A stretch of 64,000 nt of DNA from Escherichia phage REP2. Position numbers and translations under genes: made by a program. The stretch lies in the sequence record OQ174501.1, one strand, 5' to 3'. The notes beneath the pieces are model-generated. The model was not told the origin of the DNA. It did not search any database and worked only from the letters and a program-made list of their open reading frames with translations. Shown here piece by piece: positions 28,922-37,224 of this stretch. Each line of letters begins with the position of its first letter. The first letter of the stretch is position 1.

Positions 28922-29155
28922 ATGAAAACTTACCAAGAATTTATTGCTGAAACTGCTGATGTAAAAGTTGAGTTTATTTACACTGGCAAGAAAGATAAAA
29001 TGGGTGAAATGCCTCATGGAGTTCTTCGTGATGCATTAGATAATTTCGGTCAACTCGCCGCAGAAGATTACGGTGATAAAATTGTTGTTACTGGTCCTGC
29101 TGCAGTTATTGAAAAATGGGCAGCAGAAAATAAATCAATTTTTCGTAAAAAATAA
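28922..29155 (+). CDS. internal protein with canonical CTS
   Basis: 77 aa starting exactly MKTYQEFIAE; own early promoter. Confidence 0.7.
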   Translation: MKTYQEFIAETADVKVEFIYTGKKDKMGEMPHGVLRDALDNFGQLAAEDYGDKIVVTGPAAVIEKWAAENKSIFRKK

Positions 29156-29185
29156 GTTTACTTTTAGATGGGGTAGTGATACTAT
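29156..29185 (+). promoter_or_regulatory. T4-type early promoter
   Basis: GTTTAC-N18-TGATACTAT, then leader CCCTATCAACTACTGAGGAG. Confidence 0.65.
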
Positions 29186-29213
29186 TACCCTATCAACTAC
29201 TGAGGAGAATAAA

Positions 29214-29399
29214 ATGAAACGTTGTGAATTAATTCGAAATGTTGCTATTGCAATTTCTGCTTCCGCTTTCAGTTTTTCAATGTTTGTTGGATTTATATGC
29301 GGATTATTGACTACGGCAGAAAATGTTTTTTCACTTGTAGTAGCATTTTTAATTGGTTTAATTGCTATTGTTATGGATAAAATTTCTAAAGGTGAATAA
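29214..29399 (+). CDS. small hydrophobic membrane protein
   Basis: 61 aa from ATG after RBS GAGGAG; two predicted TM segments. Confidence 0.5.
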   Translation: MKRCELIRNVAIAISASAFSFSMFVGFICGLLTTAENVFSLVVAFLIGLIAIVMDKISKGE

Positions 29400-29547
29400 T
29401 GAACGTTGAATATTATGTGTATATGCGGATTACGAAAATAATCCGTCTAAAGATGAAGATAATCGTTTAGGTGTAGATGCTTTCGATTCCCCTGCAGCGG
29501 CATGGCAATGGGTTGAAAGAACCGATATTCCTTACCGTTATATTGAA

Positions 29548-29802
29548 GTGGTTGACCACGCAGGAAACAAGTATCCTAAGGAAGCGTATGTTCCTTCCGG
29601 GAAGGTAAATTTCCTTTTGTTTGCAGGTGATAATTATTATCCCCGTGGTGGGTATACCGATTTAATTGCTAAAGCATTCTCTGAAGATGAACTCCGTGAT
29701 ATTATCAAAGAAAATGAAAACAAACCGATGTATGGTTCTAATCGCTTTGATTGGTGGCAAATTGTAAATGCCCACAATCATACTATTGTTGATGAAGGCT
29801 GA
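29548..29802 (+). CDS. hypothetical protein (start uncertain)
   Basis: 84-aa ORF from GTG; upstream in-frame sequence looks coding but has no ATG. Confidence 0.4.
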   Translation: MVDHAGNKYPKEAYVPSGKVNFLLFAGDNYYPRGGYTDLIAKAFSEDELRDIIKENENKPMYGSNRFDWWQIVNAHNHTIVDEG

Positions 29803-29804
29803 TA

Positions 29805-30092
29805 ATGATTCTTTATGCTAAAGTATCATCCATTGAAAATGGATATAAATATGATCAAGACGCGGCTAAAGCCTTGATTGATGATTATGGCGTTTTAACA
29901 TGTTTTGAAGTTGAAAAGGTTTATGTTGACCGTTCATCTTCTCAAGTTAAATTAGTGAAGGAAGACCGTAAATTTAATACAGTAAATTTTGATTTCTTTA
30001 TTGAAACAGAAAAAGGTCCTCTTGAATATGATATTTTCAAGAATCCTTTGGGTCTTGAATGCATTGTAAATATGTATTATCATAAATGGTAA
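29805..30092 (+). CDS. hypothetical protein
   Basis: 95-aa ORF tightly packed after the previous ORF. Confidence 0.5.
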   Translation: MILYAKVSSIENGYKYDQDAAKALIDDYGVLTCFEVEKVYVDRSSSQVKLVKEDRKFNTVNFDFFIETEKGPLEYDIFKNPLGLECIVNMYYHKW

Positions 30093-30189
30093 ATATGCTT
30101 TAAGAATTATTTGTTATTATTAACTCATACCGCACTGATTAATACCCTCTATCATCAAGGGTTCTTGTTTGAGAGCCTTTGTTAATAAT

Positions 30190-30262
30190 TGGGAATTAGC
30201 CAAGTTGGTAAGGCATAGCACTTTGACTGCTAGATGCAAAGGTTCGAGTCCTTTATTCCCAG
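30190..30262 (+). tRNA. tRNA-Gln (UUG)
   Basis: cloverleaf by eye; anticodon loop CUUUGAC; T-arm GGTTCGAGTCC. Confidence 0.8.
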
Positions 30263-30263
30263 C

Positions 30264-30350
30264 GCGAGAATGGTCAAATTGGTAAAGGCACAGCACTTAA
30301 AATGCTGCGGAATGATTTCCTTGTGGGTTCGAGTCCCACTTCTCGCACCA
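30264..30350 (+). tRNA. tRNA-Leu (UAA)
   Basis: 87 nt with long variable arm; anticodon loop CUUAAAA; CCA encoded. Confidence 0.8.
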
Positions 30351-30355
30351 AATTT

Positions 30356-30429
<74 letters not shown>

Positions 30430-30439
30430 ATTTAATTTA

Positions 30440-30513
30440 CTCCGTGTAGCTCAGTTTGGTAGAGCGCCTGATTTGGGATCAGGAGGTCCAAGGTTCAAAT
30501 CCTTGTATGGAGA
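30440..30513 (+). tRNA. tRNA-Pro (UGG)
   Basis: anticodon loop UUUGGGA; T-arm GGTTCAAATCC. Confidence 0.75.
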
Positions 30514-30515
30514 CT

Positions 30516-30605
30516 GGAGGCGTGGCAGAGTGGTTTAATGCACCGGTCTTGAAAACCGGCAGTCGCTCCGGCGACTCATAGGTTCAAATCCTATCGCCTC
30601 CGCCA
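30516..30605 (+). tRNA. tRNA-Ser (UGA)
   Basis: 90 nt with long variable arm; anticodon loop CUUGAAA; CCA encoded. Confidence 0.8.
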
Positions 30606-30610
30606 GTTTT

Positions 30611-30686
30611 GCTGATTTAGCTCAGTAGGTAGAGCACCTCACTTGTAATGAGGATGTCGGCGGTTCGATTCCGTCAATCAGCACCA
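30611..30686 (+). tRNA. tRNA-Thr (UGU)
   Basis: anticodon loop CUUGUAA; CCA encoded. Confidence 0.8.
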
Positions 30687-30687
30687 A

Positions 30688-30762
30688 GGCCCTGTAGCTG
30701 GAAGGTTCAAGCAAGCGACTCATAATCGCCAGATGGTGGTTCAATTCCACCCAGGGCCACCA
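30688..30762 (+). tRNA. tRNA-Ile/Met (CAU)
   Basis: anticodon loop CUCAUAA; by position the homologue of T4 tRNA-Ile. Confidence 0.65.
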
Positions 30763-30768
30763 AATTAA

Positions 30769-30855
30769 GGGGAGTTATCCCGTAGAGGTAGCGGTGTGGA
30801 CTGTAAATTCATTGTCATTGCGACTCGGGTGGTTCGACTCCACCACTCCCCACCA
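30769..30855 (+). tRNA. tRNA-Tyr (GUA)
   Basis: 87 nt class-II fold with long variable arm; anticodon loop CUGUAAA; T-arm GGTTCGACTCC. Confidence 0.6.
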
Positions 30856-30859
30856 ATTT

Positions 30860-30934
30860 GGATGTGTAGCTCAGTGGTAGAGCAGTTGACTGTTAATCAA
30901 TTGGTCCATGGTTCGAATCCATGCATGTCCGCCA
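30860..30934 (+). tRNA. tRNA-Asn (GUU)
   Basis: anticodon loop CUGUUAA; T-arm GGTTCGAATCC; CCA encoded. Confidence 0.65.
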
Positions 30935-31060
30935 AACTTGTGACAGTTGTCACATTAATATCTACTTGACGCGATTATAGGGGTTGAACTGATCACACTT
31001 CTCTTAATTTCGTGTGAAGACATCTTGATTGTTGGAGTAGGTATTGCTGTGAACTAATTA

Positions 31061-31137
31061 CGGGGTGTAACTCAATTGTATAGAGTAGCGGTCCTCTAAA
31101 CCGCAGGTTAAAGGTTAGAATCCTTTCACCCTGACCA
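31061..31137 (+). tRNA. tRNA-Arg (UCU)
   Basis: anticodon loop CCUCUAA; CCA encoded; last tRNA of the cluster. Confidence 0.65.
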
Positions 31138-31158
31138 AATTATTGAGAGAATAATATT

Positions 31159-31713
31159 ATGAGAAGTGATGTAGACTGGGACCAAATTAATTTGGCTATA
31201 AAAGCTGGATTAATATACCATGGTAATTTTGAAATAACACAAGAACTAATTGAAAATGTTGCTTTTCTTAAAATAACAGATAAGAAAAAATTCTTTTCTA
31301 TGACTGAATCCAAACGCTTGTCAAAATGGAAAGTATTTTGTAGGACTGCCGCCCTAAATCTTTTGAAATTTAAAGATGAATTTGATATAGAAAAAAGCTA
31401 TCGACAGGCTTTCGTATACATAATGGTAGATACTACAAATCCTAATTATTATAAAATAGGAAGAAGTATAGAACCTGATGTTAGAGTTATAACAGCAAAT
31501 ACATTTTCACCGTTTAAAAGTTTTAAAATAGTATCATTTAGATATTCCCAGGATGCAGTAGAACTTGAAAAATATATGCACAGCATTTATAATCAGGACC
31601 ATATAAATGGTGAATGGTTTTTCTTTCATGACATAAGTTCCATAGTTAAAAAATTAGATACTAAATCTACACAATTTGAAATACCAAATGAGAAACCGGG
31701 TCGCTACCGGTAA
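31159..31713 (+). CDS. GIY-YIG / T5orf172-like domain protein (possible free-standing endonuclease-like gene)
   Basis: 184 aa; C-terminal motif FVYIMVD...YYKIGRS...R...E...GEWFF resembles GIY-YIG/T5orf172 core; directly follows tRNA-Arg. Confidence 0.55.
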   Translation: MRSDVDWDQINLAIKAGLIYHGNFEITQELIENVAFLKITDKKKFFSMTESKRLSKWKVFCRTAALNLLKFKDEFDIEKSYRQAFVYIMVDTTNPNYYKIGRSIEPDVRVITANTFSPFKSFKIVSFRYSQDAVELEKYMHSIYNQDHINGEWFFFHDISSIVKKLDTKSTQFEIPNEKPGRYR

Positions 31714-31857
31714 GTCGTCGGACTGATGTTCCCTGAGTAAGGAATTGCGTTAATAATCTTTGCGTTTATTGATGCCCTCTTACATCACAGCAGAAACGGC
31801 GCACCGAATTATCGATTCGAGGAAATATCTTTGCCGTAAGCCGAGTAGCGTTTTTGA

Positions 31858-31950
31858 CGGAACGTTCGGATATGGTCGAGATATGGCCTTTTAAAAATAT
31901 TGAGTAGCGTCAACTGCTTAATAACCGGGTTCGAATCCCGGCGTTTCGTA
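31858..31950 (+). ncRNA. tRNA-like stable RNA (candidate homologue of T4 species 1/2 RNA)
   Basis: acceptor-like stem CGGAACG/CGTTTCG closing a perfect T-arm CCGGGTTCGAATCCCGG; no complete cloverleaf. Confidence 0.3.
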
Positions 31951-32000
31951 CAAACACTTGCCTTAGCAGGTGGAACCCCGACAAGGTTGCCGCAAGGCTT

Positions 32001-32028
32001 AGCCCCGACCGAAAGGTTGGGGCTTTTT
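32001..32028 (+). terminator. rho-independent terminator (GAAA tetraloop)
   Basis: AGCCCCGACC-GAAA-GGTTGGGGCT 10-bp stem followed by TTTTT. Confidence 0.75.
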
Positions 32029-32030
32029 AG

Positions 32031-32038
32031 TATAAATA
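32031..32038 (+). promoter_or_regulatory. T4 late promoter TATAAATA
   Basis: exact TATAAATA about 37 nt upstream of the ORF at 32075. Confidence 0.5.
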
Positions 32039-32074
32039 AGTATATTAAAACCACGAATTAAAACAGGAAATAAG

Positions 32075-32548
32075 ATGAAATCATATGCTCAATTTTTAAA
32101 TGAAGCGGTGTTAAATGAAGCATCTAGCACTGAAATTCAAGCTGTTGCAAAAGCTGCCATTGCCGCGGGTAAATATTCCTATAAAGATGCTTCCGATGAA
32201 TCACGATTCCAATTTGCTCGTGATATGAAAGCCGAAGGATTTACAGGGAATGCAGTTAGTATGGCTTGGAAAAGTTTAGTTGCTACTGGAGCTGCTTTTG
32301 CAAAGGCTTCGGGTAAACCTGCTCCTAAAGCAGATCCTAAAGCTGCACAAGAAAAAAATATTGTTAAAGGAATTATCTCCAAATATGAAGCTATCCTTAA
32401 AGAGCTTTTAGTAATCAAAACTGAAGGCCAAAAGCTAGCTCGTGCTTATAGTTTCAAAGATAACCCACATGCTCACTCTCTTGAGTATGTTGAAGACATC
32501 CAAAAAATTATTAAAGACCGCATTTGGTCTGCTAAACAAATCAAATAA
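32075..32548 (+). CDS. internal-protein-like protein with CTS-like N-terminus
   Basis: 157 aa starting MKSYAQFLNEA; Ala/Lys-rich; late promoter upstream and terminator downstream. Confidence 0.55.
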   Translation: MKSYAQFLNEAVLNEASSTEIQAVAKAAIAAGKYSYKDASDESRFQFARDMKAEGFTGNAVSMAWKSLVATGAAFAKASGKPAPKADPKAAQEKNIVKGIISKYEAILKELLVIKTEGQKLARAYSFKDNPHAHSLEYVEDIQKIIKDRIWSAKQIK

Positions 32549-32555
32549 CATTCTT

Positions 32556-32583
32556 AGCCCTAGCCGAAAGGTTGGGGCTTTTT
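32556..32583 (+). terminator. rho-independent terminator (GAAA tetraloop)
   Basis: AGCCCTAGCC-GAAA-GGTTGGGGCT followed by TTTTT; near copy of the 32001 terminator. Confidence 0.75.
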
Positions 32584-32714
32584 GGTATCTAGGCCTTTCC
32601 AGGCCTCTCTAGACATCATTTAGTTTCTACCCTTTATAATATATTATCCTATCCTTTAATTGCCCCTCCCTGCCCTAGAATTCCCCAAAACTTTTTAAAT
32701 TTTTTTCACAAAAC

Positions 32715-32744
32715 TGTTTACATCCCTGTTCTTCCATGGTACTA
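32715..32744 (+). promoter_or_regulatory. T4-type early promoter
   Basis: GTTTAC-N18-TGGTACTAT, then conserved leader ACAACTATCAACTAC. Confidence 0.7.
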
Positions 32745-32788
32745 TACAACTATCAACTACTGATACAGAAAACAACTTGGAGAATGAA

Positions 32789-33052
32789 ATGGATAATTAC
32801 GGCGAACTGTTCAACTTCTTTATGAAATGTGTTTCAGAAGATTTTGGTCGTACAGTGAATGATATTAAAGTTATCGGTCCTGACCATCCGATGTTTGAAA
32901 CTTATGCAGTAATGGGTAATGAAGACGGTCAGTGGTATACTGTAAAGGTTGTGATTAACATGTTCACTGCTGAAGGTTATGTTAAACTGTCTTCTAAAGT
33001 TTACCATGATAACGATGAAATCGCAGAAGAATATTTCAATAATATGAAATAA
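32789..33052 (+). CDS. hypothetical protein
   Basis: 87 aa from ATG with RBS GGAGA; downstream of an early promoter. Confidence 0.55.
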   Translation: MDNYGELFNFFMKCVSEDFGRTVNDIKVIGPDHPMFETYAVMGNEDGQWYTVKVVINMFTAEGYVKLSSKVYHDNDEIAEEYFNNMK

Positions 33053-33341
33053 TTGTGTACAAACACCAAGGACGGTGTTATTATAGACTTATCAAAACAA
33101 ATACAGAAAACGGAGAAATAAATGACTACTTTAATTATTTGGTTTGACGAAAATGAAGAAACATACTGCGTGAACATTGGCGAAAGCCCAATGCCAGAAT
33201 TTGAATCTTCAGATAAAAACTCGGTTGTATCTTGGGCTGAAGGTTATAAAGCAGCAAAAGGCGATGTTGAAATAGTTTACAAACTATCCGGAGTATAATA
33301 CTCTCGTGGATTTTAAATCTTAATTAACCTAAGGAAATACT

Positions 33342-33935
33342 ATGAACACACTGAAGAAAATTGTTGAGTTTATTCGCACTAAACTTGGTTCTGCTATGGC
33401 TAAAAATCTATCTGTTGAAGAGCAGTATACCGCTGCGGCAGCAAAACTACTTGATAAGATTAAAGATCTAAAAACTGCTTCTGTTAAATCTATTAATGAA
33501 GAAAAGCGTATTCGTGAACTTATTGTCGAAAAGAATAAGCAGGCCGAATCAAAAGAGCGTGAAATTCGCAAGCTTCTTTCGGAAGGTCAAGATGTAACAA
33601 TGCATGCTAAACTTGGTTTACTATATCGTCGAACAGCTGAGCAGTTGACTACTAAAGCTGATGGTTATGCTGAAATGCGAATTGAAATCGCCAAGAAAGT
33701 AGTTGAGTTAGATGATGCTCGTCAAGAACTTGCGGTTAAATTGGAATATATCCGTGAAACTCGTGCAGCAAATGCCCTTGGAATTAGTACTGCCGATGAT
33801 GTAGTTGAAATTGCAGCACTGACTAAGGTTGATATTGAAGATACCCTTGCTCGAGTTGAAACCTTTAACGGCAATATTTCTGGGGTTGAAACTACCTCTG
33901 CCGATGTTCAGGAATACATTAATTCTCTGAAATAA
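33342..33935 (+). CDS. coiled-coil protein (possibly PspA/IM30-like)
   Basis: 197 aa, highly helical, charged heptad pattern; PspA similarity is by eye only. Confidence 0.5.
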
Positions 33936-33941
33936 TGATAA

Positions 33942-33960
33942 GGGGCTTCGGCCCCTATTA
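33942..33960 (+). terminator. stem-loop / weak terminator
   Basis: GGGGC-ttcg-GCCCC followed by TATTACTT. Confidence 0.4.
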
Positions 33961-33976
33961 CTTGGAGTAAGTAGGA

Positions 33977-34582
33977 ATGAAAATGCAAAGTGATTTCAAT
34001 TCAATGTTTGAAGAGTTCCAAAGACAGGTTGATGTTCCAGACCAATTATTAAATGCTCTTAAACGTATGGCAGAAGGACGTAATTACTATTGGGGTTCTT
34101 CATATGAAACTGATGAAAGTCTTTCTGGATTTTATAAAGGTAAAAAGTCTTTAATACGTCCTGGAATACTTATTAACAGTATTGAATCAATTCATTCATT
34201 AACATGTGATTTTGATGTTGAATTTACTGATTTCATTTCTCCTGAATGGACAGTATGTTATTTAAACGACGATTATGATTATCTTGGCGTTTATAGTTTA
34301 AGTGATGCATGGTTTAAACGTAATTTACAAAAGTCAAATTTATTTTATATTGATACTACGGTAAAATTTCAGGGAAAGAAATATTTCTTTACTCTTATAG
34401 TTGATTCTGAAACAAAGCATGAAAATAAACGTATTCTTAGTAAAAAGAATATCTTAACTATTGTTGATGATCTTTTTGATAAATTCGTAGAAAATCCTAA
34501 TTTTGAAAGCGATTTATTATTAGAAAAATTTGTTAAGGAATGTAGAGAATATGTCAAAGCCATCACTATACCTTCCAAGTAA
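33977..34582 (+). CDS. hypothetical protein
   Basis: 201-aa ORF; C-terminus FVKECREYVK resembles the motif of the next three ORFs. Confidence 0.55.
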   Translation: MKMQSDFNSMFEEFQRQVDVPDQLLNALKRMAEGRNYYWGSSYETDESLSGFYKGKKSLIRPGILINSIESIHSLTCDFDVEFTDFISPEWTVCYLNDDYDYLGVYSLSDAWFKRNLQKSNLFYIDTTVKFQGKKYFFTLIVDSETKHENKRILSKKNILTIVDDLFDKFVENPNFESDLLLEKFVKECREYVKAITIPSK

Positions 34583-34943
34583 ACCGTTGAAGTATGAATT
34601 AAAGCGTCAGATAATTTCTACTGATGTGTTAATAGGTCCTGTGGTAGCCGTATCATTTGTGATTCTGCTGATTGCTGGAATAGTTATAGACGTTATGACT
34701 GATATTGAATCTGGTGCAATATTTGGAGCAACACTAATTCTTCCATTGGTAGTTCCGCTTTTATTAGTACCTATAAATTGGATAGGATATTGGTATCAAG
34801 GAAGACACTATCGTAAACGTGTACGTGAATGGAAAGCTCAGTGTAAAAAGATTAAAAAGGAACACCAGCTTAAACTTGCTGCGCATGAATTTAATGAAAT
34901 TATGAAATTTGTTAAGGAATCACGATGCAAAAGCCAAAACTAA
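34551..34943 (+). CDS. small membrane protein, paralogue family member
   Basis: 130 aa, 2 predicted TM helices, C-terminal FVKESRCK. Confidence 0.55.
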   Translation: MSKPSLYLPSKPLKYELKRQIISTDVLIGPVVAVSFVILLIAGIVIDVMTDIESGAIFGATLILPLVVPLLLVPINWIGYWYQGRHYRKRVREWKAQCKKIKKEHQLKLAAHEFNEIMKFVKESRCKSQN

Positions 34944-35287
34944 ATAAAGTCAAATATTCTCTTCCTGAGTCATTTTTAATTTTTGCTGTAGCGTTGGCTA
35001 CAGCTCTTGCGGGTAGTCTTTTTGGATTGTTAATTGACTGTCTTATTTTAAACATTGACGGCACAGTAAATATAATAGAAGTTTGGAGTGAACTTCGTTA
35101 TACTATAGCGATTTCATTATTTTCATTCTTTGGTACCATGTTATATTTTCATTATGATAATTTTAAAATAAATTGGCAAAGAAAAAAGGATTACAAAATA
35201 CAATTAAATGAATATAATAACTACATGTCTTATATTGAAAAAGAATCAATGGAAGAGTTTGTGAGTGATTGTAGGAAAATTAAATGA
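34925..35287 (+). CDS. small membrane protein, paralogue family member
   Basis: 120 aa, 2 TM helices, C-terminal FVSDCRKIK. Confidence 0.55.
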   Translation: MQKPKLNKVKYSLPESFLIFAVALATALAGSLFGLLIDCLILNIDGTVNIIEVWSELRYTIAISLFSFFGTMLYFHYDNFKINWQRKKDYKIQLNEYNNYMSYIEKESMEEFVSDCRKIK

Positions 35288-35772
35288 TTTTAAAAACTCG
35301 CTGGTATGATTTAGATGATGGGGACGATGGCATTTCAGTTGATAGAGTTGACTGGAGTGGCTGTTCCGAAGATATGAAAAAATTGTTAATTAGGGAGTTT
35401 AGAATGGGATATCAAGCAGCTAAGCCATCTACTGTAACAGATGATAAATTCGTGTGTATTCAAAATGGTCGTGCTAAGTTAACGAACGCTGATTGGTTCA
35501 CAGATAAGAAGGTTATTCTGTGGTATATTATTAGTTTTCCTGTGACATCATTTGTATTTTGCTTCTTTGGAGAAAGTCCAGTAGGCAGAACGGAAGATTG
35601 GATTCTTTTAATTATACTTGTTAATATTTTTACAGCAGCAGTACTATCAGGAATATGGTGCGTGTTCATTGAAATGCCATGGCGGTTACGTAGGCAGCAA
35701 AAGATTTTTGATGAAAAGAAATATACTCAAAATTTAAATAATTTTATCACTGAATGCAGGAAATTAAAATGA
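35284..35772 (+). CDS. small membrane protein, paralogue family member
   Basis: 162 aa, 2 TM helices, C-terminal FITECRKLK. Confidence 0.55.
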   Translation: MILKTRWYDLDDGDDGISVDRVDWSGCSEDMKKLLIREFRMGYQAAKPSTVTDDKFVCIQNGRAKLTNADWFTDKKVILWYIISFPVTSFVFCFFGESPVGRTEDWILLIILVNIFTAAVLSGIWCVFIEMPWRLRRQQKIFDEKKYTQNLNNFITECRKLK

Positions 35773-36208
35773 AAACATTATCAGCTGGTATTATCTTTAT
35801 GACAGAAGATAAAGATTTATTTATGGGACGAGTTACTGGTTCTCGTAAGCCTGGAATGATGGCACATCGCTGGATATTCCAAAGGGGCGTGTAGAAAATT
35901 CTGATTTAAGCGCATTAGATGCAGCACGAAGAGAATGCTCAGAAGAGACTGGTTTTAACAATTATAATCCAGACCTTCTAGAAGACCTAGGTGTATTTAA
36001 ATATTCTAGTAATAAAGACTTACAGTTATTTTATTATACGATTCCAGTAGAGCATGAGATGTTCAGAAATTGCCGTTGTGAGTCTTATTTTGAAAATAAA
36101 GATGGCGTTATGATTCCAGAGATGGATGCTTTTGCTCTTATTCCTCGTACTCAGTGGCAATATGTGATGGGTCCTTCACTTTACCGAATAATGAACAGCC
36201 TCTTTTAA
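35769..36208 (+). pseudogene. nudE: Nudix hydrolase nudE (e.1), frame disrupted
   Basis: ATG frame reads MKTLSAGIIFMTEDKDLFMGRVTGSRKPGMMAHRW then stops at about 35892; the -1 frame continues DIPKGRVENSDLSALDAARRECSEETGF... (Nudix box) to a stop at about 36206; a single missing G in CTGG-GAT would join them. Confidence 0.6.
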
Positions 36209-36739
<531 letters not shown>

Positions 36740-36743
36740 AGTT

Positions 36744-36773
36744 GTTTACTTTCTTCTAGAATTGTGATAGTAT
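36744..36773 (+). promoter_or_regulatory. T4-type early promoter
   Basis: GTTTAC-N18-TGATAGTAT upstream of denV. Confidence 0.65.
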
Positions 36774-36798
36774 ATTCACAGTTACTTGGAGGGATAAA

Positions 36799-37215
36799 AT
36801 GACTCGTATTAATTTGACTTTAGTATCTGAACTTGCTGATCAACATTTAATCGCAGAATACCGTGAATTGCCACGCGTTTTTGGTATAATTCGTAAGCAT
36901 GTGGCAAACGGTAAGCGCGTTAAAGATTTTAAAATATCTTCCGAGTTTATTTTAGGTTCTGGTCATGTTACGTTCTTTTACGATAAGTTAGAATTTTTGC
37001 GAAAGCGTCAATTAGACATTATAACGGAATGCTTAAAACGCGGGTTCAGTATAAAAGATACTGAAGTTCCTGACATCAGCGATATTCCAATAGAATGGAA
37101 AAATGATTATAATCCATGCAAATCAGCTATTAAATTGAGTCAACAACGACTTGATGAAAAAATTTTAATGAAACCACACTGGTATAAGTATTACGGTAAA
37201 AATATTTACATTTAA
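36799..37215 (+). CDS. denV: endonuclease V (pyrimidine-dimer DNA glycosylase) DenV
   Basis: 138 aa [29 protein letters not shown]..., matches remembered T4 DenV. Confidence 0.95.
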   Translation: MTRINLTLVSELADQHLIAEYRELPRVFGIIRKHVANGKRVKDFKISSEFILGSGHVTFFYDKLEFLRKRQLDIITECLKRGFSIKDTEVPDISDIPIEWKNDYNPCKSAIKLSQQRLDEKILMKPHWYKYYGKNIYI

Positions 37216-37224
37216 AGGAAACAT

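Noticed and set aside
30935-31060. Possible degenerate tRNA or remnant of segB between tRNA-Asn and tRNA-Arg
   Set aside because: It contains two hairpins but no T-arm or anticodon-arm geometry and no ORF; it is too short to judge and is left as an unassigned spacer.
31809-32054. 81-aa minus-strand ORF
   Set aside because: It is antisense to the tRNA-like RNA and terminator region; no expression signals.
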